From: Chiloscyllium plagiosum
Taxonomy: Eukaryota
Direction of reading: 5' to 3'
Assembly: GCF_004010195.1 (NCBI RefSeq)
Contig: NC_057752.1
Span: 8,080,317 to 8,144,316, forward strand
DNA: 64,000 bases
In this document: piece by piece, positions 23,060-36,389 of the stretch
Layout: each line of letters opens with the position of its first letter
How positions within the stretch are numbered: position 1 is the first letter of the stretch
Program-made: the position numbers and the translations under genes
The notes under the pieces: model-generated
What the model was told of the DNA's origin: nothing
The model's database searches: none
Seen by the model: only the letters and a program-made list of their open reading frames with translations

Positions 23060-25200
23060 TTTTTAAAAATTCACTCACAATGTGGGGATCACTGACTGGG
23101 CAAGCATTTACTGCCCATCCCTAATTGCCCTTGAGAAGGTGATGGTGAGCTGCCTACCCACAATATCATCAGGGGGAGGGGGGGTTTGGAACAGCTGCCA
23201 TAGAGGTTGTGATGGTTGGAGGAGGTCAGTCATCTAAAGGTGCCCCTTTTGGTAACGTCCTTGGCCCAACCATTTTCAGATTCATCAATGACCTGCCTTC
23301 CACCACAAAGCTAGAGGTGGGGGGGGGGGGGGGAAAAAAGAGGGAATTCAAGCATTCTGACCCAGCGACACTGAAGGAATGGCTATATATTTCCAAGTCA
23401 GGATGGCGTCCAACTTATACAACTAGGCGCACAAGTAACTTAGTCTCTCGAGCCTACTCCGCCATTCAATGTGATCATGACTGATCTAATTTCTGCCTCT
23501 ACTCCACTTTCCTGCCTGCTCTTCACAACCCTTCAACCATTTACTAATTAAATATAATTTTGTTCATAAATTTACAGCGTTCTAACATCCACTGCACTGA
23601 GGTACTGAATGTCATAGATCTTTGCAGACTTGGAGGGTAACTTGCAGGTGATGGTATTCCCATGCATCTTGCGACAATACTATGGCTTTAAGAGTGTATT
23701 TTGTCCTGGCTTTTTTTGAAGAGAGTTTGAGAGGTGGTGCTGAGTTCTCTTTTCCAAGCCAATAACGTAAACCTCAAGGGGCCCTGGGTTTTATTTTAAA
23801 AAGTTAGAAGCAGCATGAATGGGTACAGTCAGGCTCCCACAGAACCAGGGTTTAGTTTAGCTTTCAGCAGTTGTTGGGGCTTTGAAGTTGGCTGTGAAAG
23901 CGATTATACATCTTTGTTGGTGACAGCAAAAAGCTTTAAGTTCTCTCTCTCTACTGGAATTTTCTCGGTGTTCTGTGCTCCTGGATTGGAGAAACATCGC
24001 ATGTGAGACAATCTATTTTACTGAATTTGTCTTTGCCAAGGGAGTGCTTATGGGATGTTACTATATTGGAACAGTTGCTGATTAGTAGTTAAATAATCTA
24101 TTATTCTACTACGTTTTCCAATTAGAGTTAAAGTTATACCAATTCTTCTTTCTTTTGTTTGCATGTTAATTGGATGCAAGGATAAAATGTGTGTTACTTA
24201 AAGCCAAGTAGCGTGACCAATTAATTGGACTTGGAGCACAGCACCTTACACGAGCCTTTAAGACAGATGAAAGTTCTGGTCCAGGCTCTCTCTTTGATAT
24301 ATTTGAAGGGAATTTGGTCAGCTCCATAACAATCTATTGCCTGCATTCTTCTAGACCATAGGGACTGCAGGTTTGGAAGGTGCTAAGGAAACTTCAGGAA
24401 TTTCTAAGGTGCATCTTATGGATAGTACACACCACTGCTACTGAGCACCAGTGAAAGGAGTGAATGTTTGCAGACATGGTGCCAAACAAACAGGCTACTT
24501 TCCTGGATGGTGTCAAGTTTCTTGAACGTTGCTGCAGTAGAACCCCCCCAGCCAAGTGCAGAGTATTTCAACATACTCCTGACTTGATCCTTGTGGACAA
24601 TGGACAGGCTTTGGGAAAGCAGGTGGGTCAGTTACACACTGCAAGACTCCTAGCTTCTGACTTGCACTTGCAGCCACAATAACCCAAGATGTTGATAGCG
24701 AGGGAATTCAGTGATGACAATACTACTGAATGTCACGGGGAAATATTAGATCCTCTCTTGGAGATGGTCATTGCCTGGCACTAGTGTGGCATGAGTGTTA
24801 CTTGTCACCTCCCACCTGGTGATTGTCTAGATCTGGCTGCTTTTGGAAATGGACTGCCTCAATATCCAAGTCATCTCAAATGGCAAACATTATGCAATCA
24901 TCAGCGATTATCCTCACCTCCAGCTTTATGATGGAAGGAAGATCATTGATGAAGCAGCTGAAAATGGTTGGGCTGGGCCAAGGACATTACCCAAAGGAAC
25001 CCCTGTAGAGATGTACTGGAGCTCAGATGACTGATCTTCAACCATCACAACCATCTTCCTATACGCCAGATATGACTCCAACCAGCGGAGAACTTTCCCT
25101 GGTTCTTACTAATTCATTTTGCTCGAGGTCCTTGATGCCACACGCAGTCAAACGTAGCCTAGATGCCAAGGGCAATCACTCTCACCTCAGCACTAGAAAT
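23060..25200 (-). mobile_element. Nested CR1/L2-clade LINE fragments, including a CR1 3' end (~23430-23620) and a solo LTR
   Basis: Colinear with 2540-3449 and 5168-5360. A short plus-strand RT piece (VLGPTIF.FINDLP) lies at 23205-23320. Confidence 0.8.
23670..24331. mobile_element. Solo LTR (662 bp)
   Basis: TG...CA termini (TGCGAC...ATAACA), 4-bp TSD ATCT (23666-23669, 24332-24335). The host LINE resumes on both sides. Confidence 0.85.
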
Positions 25201-25353
25201 CATGATTTGATGTTGTTTTAACTGAAATTATTGAAAGTTGAAACTGTGTTTCCACCAGGGCACAATGGTAAAAGCTGCTGTGCATTGATATTACTGCTCA
25301 GATAAGAACAAGTGTCAAGTCTTAATTCTACTGAATAAAGCTGTTCAGTGGAT

Positions 25354-25647
25354 GGGCAGCACAGTGACTCAGTGGTTAGCACTGCAGCCTCATAGCACCA
25401 GAGACCAGGTTCGATTCCAGCCTCAGGCGAATGTCTGTGGAGTCTACACATTCTCCCAGTGTCTGCATACATTTCCTCCCACAGTCCAAAGATGTTCAGG
25501 TCAGGCGAGTTGGCCATGCTAAATTGCCCATAGTGTTAGGTGCATTAGTCAGAGGGAAACTCATCTGGGTGGGTTACTCTTCAGACGGTCGATGTGGACT
25601 TGTTGGGCCAAATGGTCTGTTTCCACACTGTAGGGGAATCTAATCTA
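25354..25647 (+). mobile_element. HE1 SINE, older copy
   Basis: Colinear with 19796-20120. Confidence 0.9.
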
Positions 25648-25799
25648 TAAATATAAGCATCATAAATAGGTTCATCACATCAAATCATTTCAAAATTCAA
25701 AGGTTCAAAATTCAAAAATCCAGAATTCAAAATATTATTGTCCAACAACTCAGTTCCATTAAGTTTATTGCTGACAAGTTTGTGAGGAAAATACACAGA

Positions 25800-26430
25800 G
25801 TATGCAATAAAAGCTGCAAAAAGATACAGGCGGTTAAGTAAATAAGAATACAACAAATGAAATATAATGACAAGTGTGAAGCTATTCACTTTGGAAATAC
25901 AAAAAAAGAGCAATTTCTTTTTGGAAAATGCTGGTTCAGAGAAATCGGGATGTCTGTGTACAATAACCACCAAGTTAGTATGCAGGTACAAGGAATTAGG
26001 AAAGGAAATGGTAAGTTAGCCTTTATTGCAAAGGAGTGGAGTTACCTCTAGGAGGAGAATTTGAGTATACTCAGTCTATACTCCCTATAATTAGAAGAAT
26101 GAAAGGTGACATATAGAAATCTGAAGCAACATGACAGAATATATGCTGGAAAGATGCTCGAGAGTCTCTAGCTACAGATCAGCCATTTAGCTTCAAGATT
26201 TAACAAAAATCAATCAATCCAAAGGTTCTGAATCTTTTAAATTCTCGACCACCAAACTGTGGATGCTTAGCCAGAGTATATTCAAGGCAGAGTTTGATTG
26301 ATTTTTGATTACTAAAGGAACCAAGGTATCTGGGAATAACACAGGAAGGTGGTGTTAATGTAGAATATCAGTTGTGATCTTATTGCATGACAAGGCAGAT
26401 TTGAGGAGTTGAGTATTCTACTCCAAGCCA
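25800..26430 (+). mobile_element. Old CR1 3' portion
   Basis: MKYN.DKCEAIHFG motif and CR1 tail. Confidence 0.7.
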
Positions 26431-28936
26431 TTTACAACTAATGGATCACTTCTAAAACAGTGTCATTATTATATGGCAAAATAGAACAGGCAATTTACAC
26501 AATACATTACAAAAGGGCAAAACAAGAGTCAAGGCTCCAAATTATTATTATTCATGGCTCTACAAGATTGCATGGCATGCGGATATTGAAATAGGCATAA
26601 CTCATTTGTGCTATCAAACATTCAAACTGAAATGACCTGACAATACTCACTCGATTGTGGATAATTCTCATTTGGTCAAGGCACCAGATAGTTGGTGACT
26701 GTCAACAGTTATAGTGTCAGAGTCAGGAATGAATGTCCTGGAAAAGAAAAATGAAATTTAAACAGAGAAATATAAATACAAAAGACATATAGAAAGTGGT
26801 AAGAAACAGATATGATCCAACAGCAAGAACAGTATGCTTTACATTGCTGCGAATGAGGTGGACAAAGAAAGGGATGAAAGAACTGGGAAAACCAAAGATA
26901 AGGAACATAATAGGAGCAAAACAATTAAAGCAAGTTTGGATTGATCAGATTTCATGAGATGACAGATAAAACAAAGATTGTACAGGCAATGCTTCCTCTA
27001 AGGCATAGAATCTGCAAGTTTCCACACAGGCCCTGCACACGCTAGCCATTCTAAGTTATCATGCAAACTAATTTATAGGACCTGAAGACTTAAAATGAAT
27101 CGTCTGTGCACAACAAAAAAATTAGGAGGTACATTGAACACAGTGCTTAAAAAGTAATTCCACGGGAAAAGTTATTCACTTATCCATGTGCTTTGTTGCA
27201 TATACAAAATCCATAAGTGATAAACACTTGCATGGATGGCAATTTATGTTTGAAATCTTACCATCACTGGTAAGGTATTGTGGACAATGATCTCTCAAAT
27301 TATTAAATAGCTATTCCATTAATTCTAAAGTACCTAACTGATTCATTGATTTGTGGCTTCATGAAGGTAATCAAACACTCCTGTTTATGTTGCTTTTCTG
27401 TAAAATCTGGGCATACTTACCAATAACATGGATCAACAAAAGCCAAGGTGTAGCAGTCTCAAGTGCTTAAGGAAACCAATAAGATTTTAAATAAACTAAA
27501 AGTGCACAATTTACTAGAATACTGGTAGGTTTTCCATCACCAGTTCAGCATGATCATCCTACCCATTAAGCATTTGCTTGTAGGAGCCAGATGGGTAGCA
27601 TCACAGACCTCAGAGGTCAAACTCCTACAGATTCCATTACCAAGTCTGAATGGGTAGTCAATCACCATTTGCTCTCTCAAATACAGTGGCCAGTATGGCA
27701 AAGGTATCCACTAGATGATTAACTTGGTTCCATTCTTCCATCATCTGGTACGTTATGTTGGAGGCCAACTCTGCTGGCAGGCTCCGACTAACCCTGGACT
27801 CCCTTGTCAATCATGAATCTAACTCTGCATTGAATACATTCAATGACCCAATCTCTAGGTAAAGAGAATTACCAACACTAAAAGGCCTCTGAAATGCAGC
27901 TCACCTTCCTCCCAGAAGGGAAGAGTCACTATCTGGGCAATAGACAACCGAAAAGTGCCCATCGTGCCAAAAGCAGGCACCAGGAATCCTCAAAAGGCAA
28001 TGTGGTGAGCAGCATAATTCACTACAAAAACACACATTTGTGCATTCTTACATACTGCCTGGAAATAGCATTGGCACATATCACATTCCATTATATAATT
28101 GTTCCACCAGTTAGGTGGAAGGAGTGAACAGCATCCACTATCCTTTCTGCAACTCAATTATTATAGGTCCAAAGCCTTGGACATTTGTAGATTTTCTCAT
28201 ACTTGGTCTTCAAGTTGTGCCCTTCAGCAGTTCTTCAAGATTCAGAATTTATTTGTCACTATTGGTTGCATGAAAGGATTTATGCGGAACAGCTTGAAAT
28301 ATGCCAGCCACCTTAGTGCTCTATTCAAGTTCAACACAGCCCAGGAATGCAATAAATTTGCTATAAGCTGCAAAAAGGAGCAAATTAATCTTTTTTCTGA
28401 CAATGTGTCTTCTATTTGTCACTATAAAGGAAGGTACAAAAGTCCACTATATCAAATATTTTCTTTCTGCGCATGCTCTTACCTTGGCTGCAAATAAACG
28501 TCTTGCTGGGAACTTTGCAATTTTTGACGTAAGTGATCAGCTGAAAAACATCAAAATTTTGATCCTTCATTCAGACTCGGTCAGATCAGACTCCAACGAT
28601 TGTCTCCCACTCTGCTAACAAAATCGGCCTTAGGGTGATTTTAAACAGTGTGGTGCCTGCTCCAAAATAGACAAGTCACAGAGCCACAGGATAACATAGC
28701 TTTACTAGTTAAAACTAGACAATTCCATGTTCTTCTTGCAGTTGATACAAAACTAAATGATGACAAAAAAAATTAAGATAAAAATAGAGAATACGGAGAG
28801 GAAAAAGACAAGATAGCACAGGAGTAACAGTTTCACAATGGTTTAATATGCGCTATTATAGTAAAACTTCAAGAGATCTCAGCTGAATGTCATATTGTGA
28901 GTGACTTTTAAACCTGTTTATCAGATGAAATAACAT

Positions 28937-29200
28937 GTTGCATTTTATATAGCGCCAAAAGCCTCATCATATGAATTATGCCAAACAGCAATGATTATAT
29001 TAATAAATGCAGCAGCCATTTTGCACACAGCAATATCCCATGAACAGCAACAAATAAATGACAAGTTTGTGGTGGTATTGGGTCAGAGAGAAACGTTGGA
29101 TAGGCCATCTCCCTATTCTGTCAAATAATGCATTAGGATTTTTAATATAAATTTATTAAAAGGGACGCACCCCCACTGTATTACACTGAAATTGTACTCC
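28937..29200 (-). mobile_element. DeuSINE relic
   Basis: ttgcattttatatagcgcc and gcagccattttgcacacagcaa.atccca motifs. Confidence 0.55.
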
Positions 29201-29578
29201 AACCAATCTTTTGATCAAGGGCAAAGTGCAAATAAATTATTCGAACTGACCCATAATACTTCAAACTAAAAAGATACTACCAGAAAACCACCATTAGGCC
29301 TTTTATCAAGTTCAAACCTTAATTTGTAATTAACTGCAGCATTGGCACTTTGGAGAAATAAATTTGAGTGTGTTGCATGTCCTTAAAGTATTAATACAAA
29401 AGTTTACCAGAATATTAATACAAGATGGTAGGTCATAATACTGTATTATCCCTGTACATAACGAATGGTAGCATCCACAGTTTAATTTCCTACAGTTAGG
29501 CTGTTGGTCTCAAATCGGGCCAATTGAACTGGCAAGCCTTTTGCACTAAAAACAAAATTTTAGAGGAATGGTTTACTT

Positions 29579-29593
29579 CTCCCCCTAGTGGTT
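29579..29593 (-). promoter_or_regulatory. Candidate CTCF site between ZC3H10 and ESYT1
   Basis: Minus strand AACCACTAGGGGGAG resembles the CTCF core CCACYAGRKGGC(A/G). Motif match only. Confidence 0.3.
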
Positions 29594-32500
29594 TATTATG
29601 AAATGGTGCTACATGGGTCATATACGGTCTAATGGATTTGTATAAAATGTTAAATCTTGTAATATTTTTCCACAGCTGGAATCATGTAAAGCATTTTAAA
29701 TATAATTAGACCATTGCATACTAGCAAACGATTAAAACAAAGTGAAGAAATTCCAAAATCTCAGCTGGGTTCATGACACGAGACATTGAAAATATGATGA
29801 GGTGAGGGAATTGGAAGGGGAACAGAGGTGGTGGTCAGGAATAAATAAAGCAAATTAAGTGGATCTACCTGCTTTCGCGCACTTCCTAATAGCGCTTTAA
29901 CATTAGCGGAAGCCAGGTCTAGTACCTGCCCATTCTCCTGACCTGGGACCTTTACTTTAAAGAGAGGAAGAAAGTGGACGAAGGGGGACAAAAATAAACA
30001 TAGAAGGGGATCACTTAATTCAGGATAATTGCATCACATACTGAAGGTAACTAAAAACTCTTGTCCTTACCAAATCACATCAGTTCAAGGCAAAAATCCA
30101 AACGATTGTTTTGCTTTGGGGACAAGCAGCCATTAATGTTGAGATGTACAAATTACGGCAAGTGGGTCAAATGCAACTTGCAAGTCCCAATAGCCCAGTT
30201 TCAAAATTTAGCTCTATTTGCGCTAATATTTCTTTCTTGTTGGTTTGTTCTATTAGAATAGTGGATACCTGGAGGCTTTAGTAATAGCCGCTTTCAGCGC
30301 TGTTACCTCAATGATGGATAATTCTAAATCAGAACACCAAAATCTGTTAGTATAAGCAAGGTGACATCTGCAAATTAATGCAAACAAGTTTAAACTTCAA
30401 AGTAGCCCCCCATGACATCTACCATTCCAGTTCAAATCTTGGAATATTTCTGTTTACATGACATTGAGAATAAAAGTTTGCTCATCTTGGGACTACATCA
30501 ATTATTACAGAGGGATCCAATTTTAATATGCAAACCCATCTGGCAATTCAGCAATTTGAACTTTCTCCACAACAATCTTCTGCAAACTAAAAGGGAAATG
30601 TATTCAACACTTAAACCAAGTTAATCCACTCTTCCTGATCTCTACTGATGCCTCCTTCCAAGTCATGTTTTTGCTTATTGTTTTACCACAGCATTGCTCT
30701 GAGGCTTCTTGTTTTCACTCCAAGAGTGGCCCAATTCAGATGCCAAAGTTCCTGGACTCAGTCAATGAAGAAAAGACACCTAACCAATGAGGAAAAAGAT
30801 AAAAAAAAATGGATGTTTAATAATAGACACCATAATCACCAACTGGATTTATATTTCATTTGTTGCCATGCTCAGACAATGAGCCCCGGAGGTGATTGCT
30901 ACAGTTTGTATCTTGACATTTCATTGTCTTTATGGATGGACAACGACTTTCATAAACAAATCTTTTGAGAAGCTAACCTTCAGACAGTGTTGTGTAAATT
31001 AGCACAGCTTAGGTCCATTGGATTGTAGTAAATCACTTACCACAGCACCAGACCACTGCATGAGCAAAAGCAATTTGTTGAAGTTTTATTCCAAAACAAA
31101 ATAATACAGAAGCAAAGAGCAGTAAGAAACATTACAGCATAATGAACAAACTTACAAGACAGCCAAATGGGAAAATGGACTCCTTGAAAATACAGCATCC
31201 ATTGTTCTTATAGCTCCTCTTGAAAAGTCCTTAGAAACACTGCCATGGCCAGTAAACACACGAGTATTCTTTTGAGCCTTTATTGCCCATTTCATAAGAG
31301 AAGATGACCAAGGATCACAAGGAAGTTCCTGAATTAAAGGAATGTCTTTTCTGTTGAAGTAGAAGCAGTCCACTCTGAAGATTGTCATCAATAAACAAGC
31401 ATACTAGTCTTAAAGTACACAAGTTAGCGGCTTGGAACGGTCTCTCCTCTTAATGGTTTTCTCGCTCAGCCTGACCAGTTTATTGACATCGTTAATATAA
31501 ATTACATTTTAGACACTCTGCACTGCAATGAATTCACAGAAGTACATCAAAGGATCTTACATAAATAATGGACTGCTTTTTGCCAGCCAGACATAGATAT
31601 GAAACAAACAAAACAATATTTGCATTAACTAAGCTGAAGATGATGGATTGCATGCAACCATCCAAATATATTAACCAGAAAATAAAGGATATTTCAGTCA
31701 CTCCAGAACCACAGCTGGCCAATAATATTTAAAAAAAAACTCAATTTGCTTAATCTAATAAGATTAAATCAAGAAAACATTTCTTTGCCCCTCAAAAGGT
31801 TCTTTGTTTTAGCTTAGGACCAGACTTCAGAATTATACCTGCACTTGTCTTCTCCACCTTAAAACAGGTTACCAGACGTGATACTAAAAGCTACTGGCCT
31901 GACAAACTTACATATATGCATGGTACATAAAAATATGCCTGGCCTGAAAAATATTGCAAATAGAGGCTGAAGAAAGTAATTGAGTTCTGTCTGGCAAAAT
32001 ATAAATATAATCATTAGAAGAAGGAAGATTTGTGACAGGGATAAGGCCAGTGAGGCTTCCCAGGTAACAACTGTGGATGGGGGAAGCAGAACAAGTTGGA
32101 GAATTAATGTTTACAAGCAGAAAGTTTCAAAAATGGTGTGTTGAGGTAAAAGTTTAAAAAAAAGGGTAAGAAATAAAATTCTCAAAGCATCCACTAACTT
32201 TCTCATTTTTTGTGGGATGTGCTCAGTCCACCACCAACCAAGTCTCATGAACTTATTTGTCAACAATGTGTTTATGATTATTGCTTTGGTCAACATGAAA
32301 TCTGGAACCTTACAGGGGCATAATTTTCAGGAGATGCAAAATGCTGGATAGATTCATCACATATTTACATAAAATGGCAATGATGGCCTGGATCAGTTAT
32401 TTGATTTAAATATTTAATTGGAAGCAAAATTTATCCCAAAATAGGAGATTAATGAAATCCAAAAACACCCTTCAGAATTGGACTCCCTGGCAGACTGAGG

Positions 32501-32852
32501 CAGATTGTATTTAAGAGAATAAAATGGCAACAGTTAACACATATACCATCACACTGTGAACACAACACGACTTGATGGTCTAAGTATGAAATGCAAGTAG
32601 ATGCAAGAATCCATTGCATCTTCGAATTATTTATATGGTTTGTTCCATGAACTTTGTTGAACTAGTTATTCACAGCCAAAGTTGTTTGGGTGTTGCATTT
32701 GGCCTCCATATGTCTTTAAGGAAGGGAATAGCACCAGCGTCAATTTTACTATCTAAAACATCAAATGAAGGCAACATTTCAAACACACCAATAGCTTTGA
32801 TTTTGAGTAGTCTCAAAGAATTTTTAAACTATAGCTTCTTATCAGAAAGGTG

Positions 32853-33320
32853 TTGTGAAACTTGAAAGGGTTCAGAAAAGATTAACAAGGATGTTGCCAG
32901 GGTTGGAGGATTTGAGCTATAGGCAGAGGCTGGGGCTGTTTTCCCTGGAGCATTGGAGGCTGAGGGGTGACCTTATAGAGGTTTACAAAATTATGAGGGG
33001 CGTCGATAGGATAAATAGACAAAGTCTTTTCCCTGGGGTCAGGGAGTCCAGAACTAGAGGGCATAGGTTTAGGGTGAGAGGGAAAAGATATAAAAGAGAC
33101 CTAAGGGGCAATTTTTACACACAGAGGGTGGTATGTGTATGGAATGAGCTGCCAGAGGAAGTGGTGGAGACTGGTACAATTGCAACATTCAAAAGGCATT
33201 TGGATGGGTATATGAATAGGAAGGGTTTGGAGGGATATGGACCGGGTGCTGGCAGGTGGGACGAGATTGGGTTGGACCGAAGGGTCTGTATCCGTGCTGT
33301 ACATCTCTGACTCTATGATT
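32853..33320 (+). mobile_element. CR1/HER1 3' end, 5'-truncated, fairly young
   Basis: Open frame KLERVQKRLTRMLPGLE...LRGDLIEVYKIMRG...WNELPEEVVE. Confidence 0.93.
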
Positions 33321-33601
33321 TCTCAGAATCATCTGTTGAGGCCTTAACTATGCAAAACAAGCAATTAATCCAGTATATACTTTCTAAATTAGCTATATAT
33401 CCAAACCGTCATTGAAATTTCCTGTACTTCCCAACTTAACGACCTAGACCTATCTTAAGTAAAAGCAGGTAGCTCATCTGCATTCAGGGTTCTGCCAATT
33501 CTCCAAGAGTAATTCTGGATGAGCTGACCACTAATTCTACCCTCCTGTGATCTGCAGAGTGCAAAAATAAAGACAAATGTACTTAATATATGAAAAATTA
33601 C

Positions 33602-33607
33602 TTTATT
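33602..33607 (-). terminator. Candidate poly(A) signal for ZC3H10 (about 2.8-kb 3' UTR)
   Basis: AATAAA on the minus strand followed ~25 nt later by a U/GU-rich tract (tttgtctttattttt). No recognisable repeats in 33600-36390. Confidence 0.4.
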
Positions 33608-36389
33608 GTTATACACTCACTAATAGGTCTTCTGAAATTTCTACTTTAAAAAGGTGCACAATTCGGCATTAAATGATTAAAGAGGTTCCCCGGTTTTGTG
33701 TTCATGTCGGAGTTAATAAGTAGCATACAACAACAACATTAAAATGGTCTCATTTTTAGGATGTGGTAAAATTTCAATGTAGAATCTCTCCACATTGGAG
33801 CAATCCCTGTTGATTTAAAGTATTTGGAACCCTGAAGATTTTCAGGAAAAAAATTAACCTTGAGAAAAAAAGTGATCAAACTGAAAAGCACTTCTACCAT
33901 ATTTACTAATCAGTATAAATAGTATCACAATTATATATAGTGGAGCATTAAACCTTTAGCCACAAAATAAAGGCATGAAGGCAACAATTAACAATTTTAT
34001 TGCCTTTTAAATCCAGATTAATCATCATCTGCAGCATCTGTTATTCTACTAACCATATCAGATAACTAAAATTCAAAAACATTTAAAACAATGCTTTCAA
34101 GAAAATGATTTTAAAATTTAAAAAATGGAACTCATAAGCATGGCTCAACTATTATAATTCAGATATACGTGTTCAACATTTAATCATGATATTATGGAGG
34201 TCCTGTTTTTAAAAAAAATGTACATAAAAGCACATTTGTCTAAGTGCCTAATCCCATAGGCTGAACTCTTTTTGGGTGAAACTAACACAACTTAACATGG
34301 TATAAAATTTCAAGTTTTGGAACTAATAAGACCAAGAACCACAAGTGAAAAGTGAAATACTATTTTTGAAACTATGCCACAAACAAAGGTTGTAATAATT
34401 GAATATCTCAGCCTTTTTCTCACTAAACATCTGAAGTCTAACAGTTGTCCTGTAACTGCTTTATGAAGCAAACCCTAACAAAGTTCCAGGACACATATAC
34501 TGATGGCCATACAATCTCAGCATCTGTTAATGATGTAAAATGTTCCTGGAGAGCCAACAGCCATTATAGTATAATCATGAGATATTTTGGATCAGATAGT
34601 CTTTAAATTCAAGAGTTCGGTCAGGTTTCCTTGGCTGAAAACGGATTTATAGTGATATGCCCAAGTATTTGTAGGCAAACAACTAAGCTCATGCAGCAAG
34701 TTCATACTTGATTGTATTAGGAGAGAGAAAGATAGAATTTCAGCATACTGGTGTTAAAATGCATTAGGTTGAATACATGTGACATTCAAAACAGCTAAAG
34801 GCATCTACAGAATGTTTCAGTACTGAAAGTGTACATCTCAAGCAATGGCATTATGCGCCTTCTTGCGCACAAATTCTGCTCCGACTCCAATCTGGCATTT
34901 CTTTATTATGTGGCCAAGAGATTAGTCAGCACAACAAAACTGGTAGATAGATACCATCATGGGTTGATCCAATATTTGGTGCAGTCAAATTGTTGATATC
35001 AGATACCATTTTATGAAACATTGTACAGTGTATACAATATTACAGCAACTGAATAAAAATATCAAATTTCAATTACACAGGCTCCTTCACTCAATTACCT
35101 TCTTAGAACTGTAAACTCTCATGCCTTTTTGGAACGGGATGGAAAGGAATTACATAATAATCTGATACCTACATAATTATTGATATCCAATGCGATTATT
35201 ACCAAGTTTTACAGCAGTTTATCTCATTCCAAGCGCAAAAGCGTGAGTGTGATAGAAAGAGCATGTGAGAGCACACATGTTGGGGGTCAGAAGGGGCGAG
35301 GCAGGAGGGGAAGGAGGAGACTAGCGGAGTTGCACAGTGGATATAATCTGTTGGGGTGAAGGGGTCGTGGGGGTGAGCTGTATAGGGGAACTGCAGGAAG
35401 CAGCACAGTGGAGACCCTCTAAATGTTTCAAGGGTATAAAAGGAAATTCGGCTTGTCAAAGATGTTCAGATTGCTAAAAAGTCAAAATGGGCATACATAT
35501 ACATACTGCATTGTCTATTCAGAAAAGATCATTGTGGGCAACATCGGAATCAATTTTAATTCTTTTTTTCCCCCACTACATGCTCGCCACACAGTTTGAT
35601 TTTCAAGGCACCAAAGATCTGAGGGGAGGGAAAGTATTGCAGCTCTATTGTGTCATTAGATTTCAGAGTATTGATGTGACGGATATTGTAACATTGTCAG
35701 AGTTCCTTGCAATAATTTACATTATTGTTTCACTTGTCAGGTGCTGTTCCAGCTCATACGCTTAAAGGGTTTTGGAACTCAGTTGTCGGTGCACTTGAGT
35801 CTAATTCAGCTGAGTCCAAAGGCAACATAGCTACCACCATTCTAAGTCCAAATAGGTTGTAACCCAAAGTCTGTGATGACACTCACACAGAGTGCAGCCT
35901 TGAAATTAACCTGTTGTGTTATACATTGCTTTTTGCACCAAATGGTGTTAAAACAAGCTGCATTTCAATTAATTTTGCCAAAGATTTGCTGCTCCTATGA
36001 TGCTGACATATTTTAGCAAGTATCAGTATTTGCCCTTCAGCTGTTCTTTCAAGTAACAGCTTTTCCCACAGTACCGCTTCAATTAGCAACTGCAACCAGG
36101 AAAAAGTAACCCAGCTAAAATCCATAGGTGGCTCCCACATGGCCTTTTAAAATTGTCAAGAAGCTTGGTATGTTCCTTGATTGGACACGCTGAAGCAATA
36201 AACAGTTTTAGGTCTTGAATGATATTCCACATCCCACATCCCGCACCCCACCCCCCCACCCCAACCCAATGTCACAGGAAGCAGAGTCGAATGCATTTAG
36301 GATCACTGCTGAGATGTTAAGAATATTGGAAATGAGCTCATCCAGAATTACAGGACTAATTTTTAGATTTACAATTTTTGGAAGTAATT

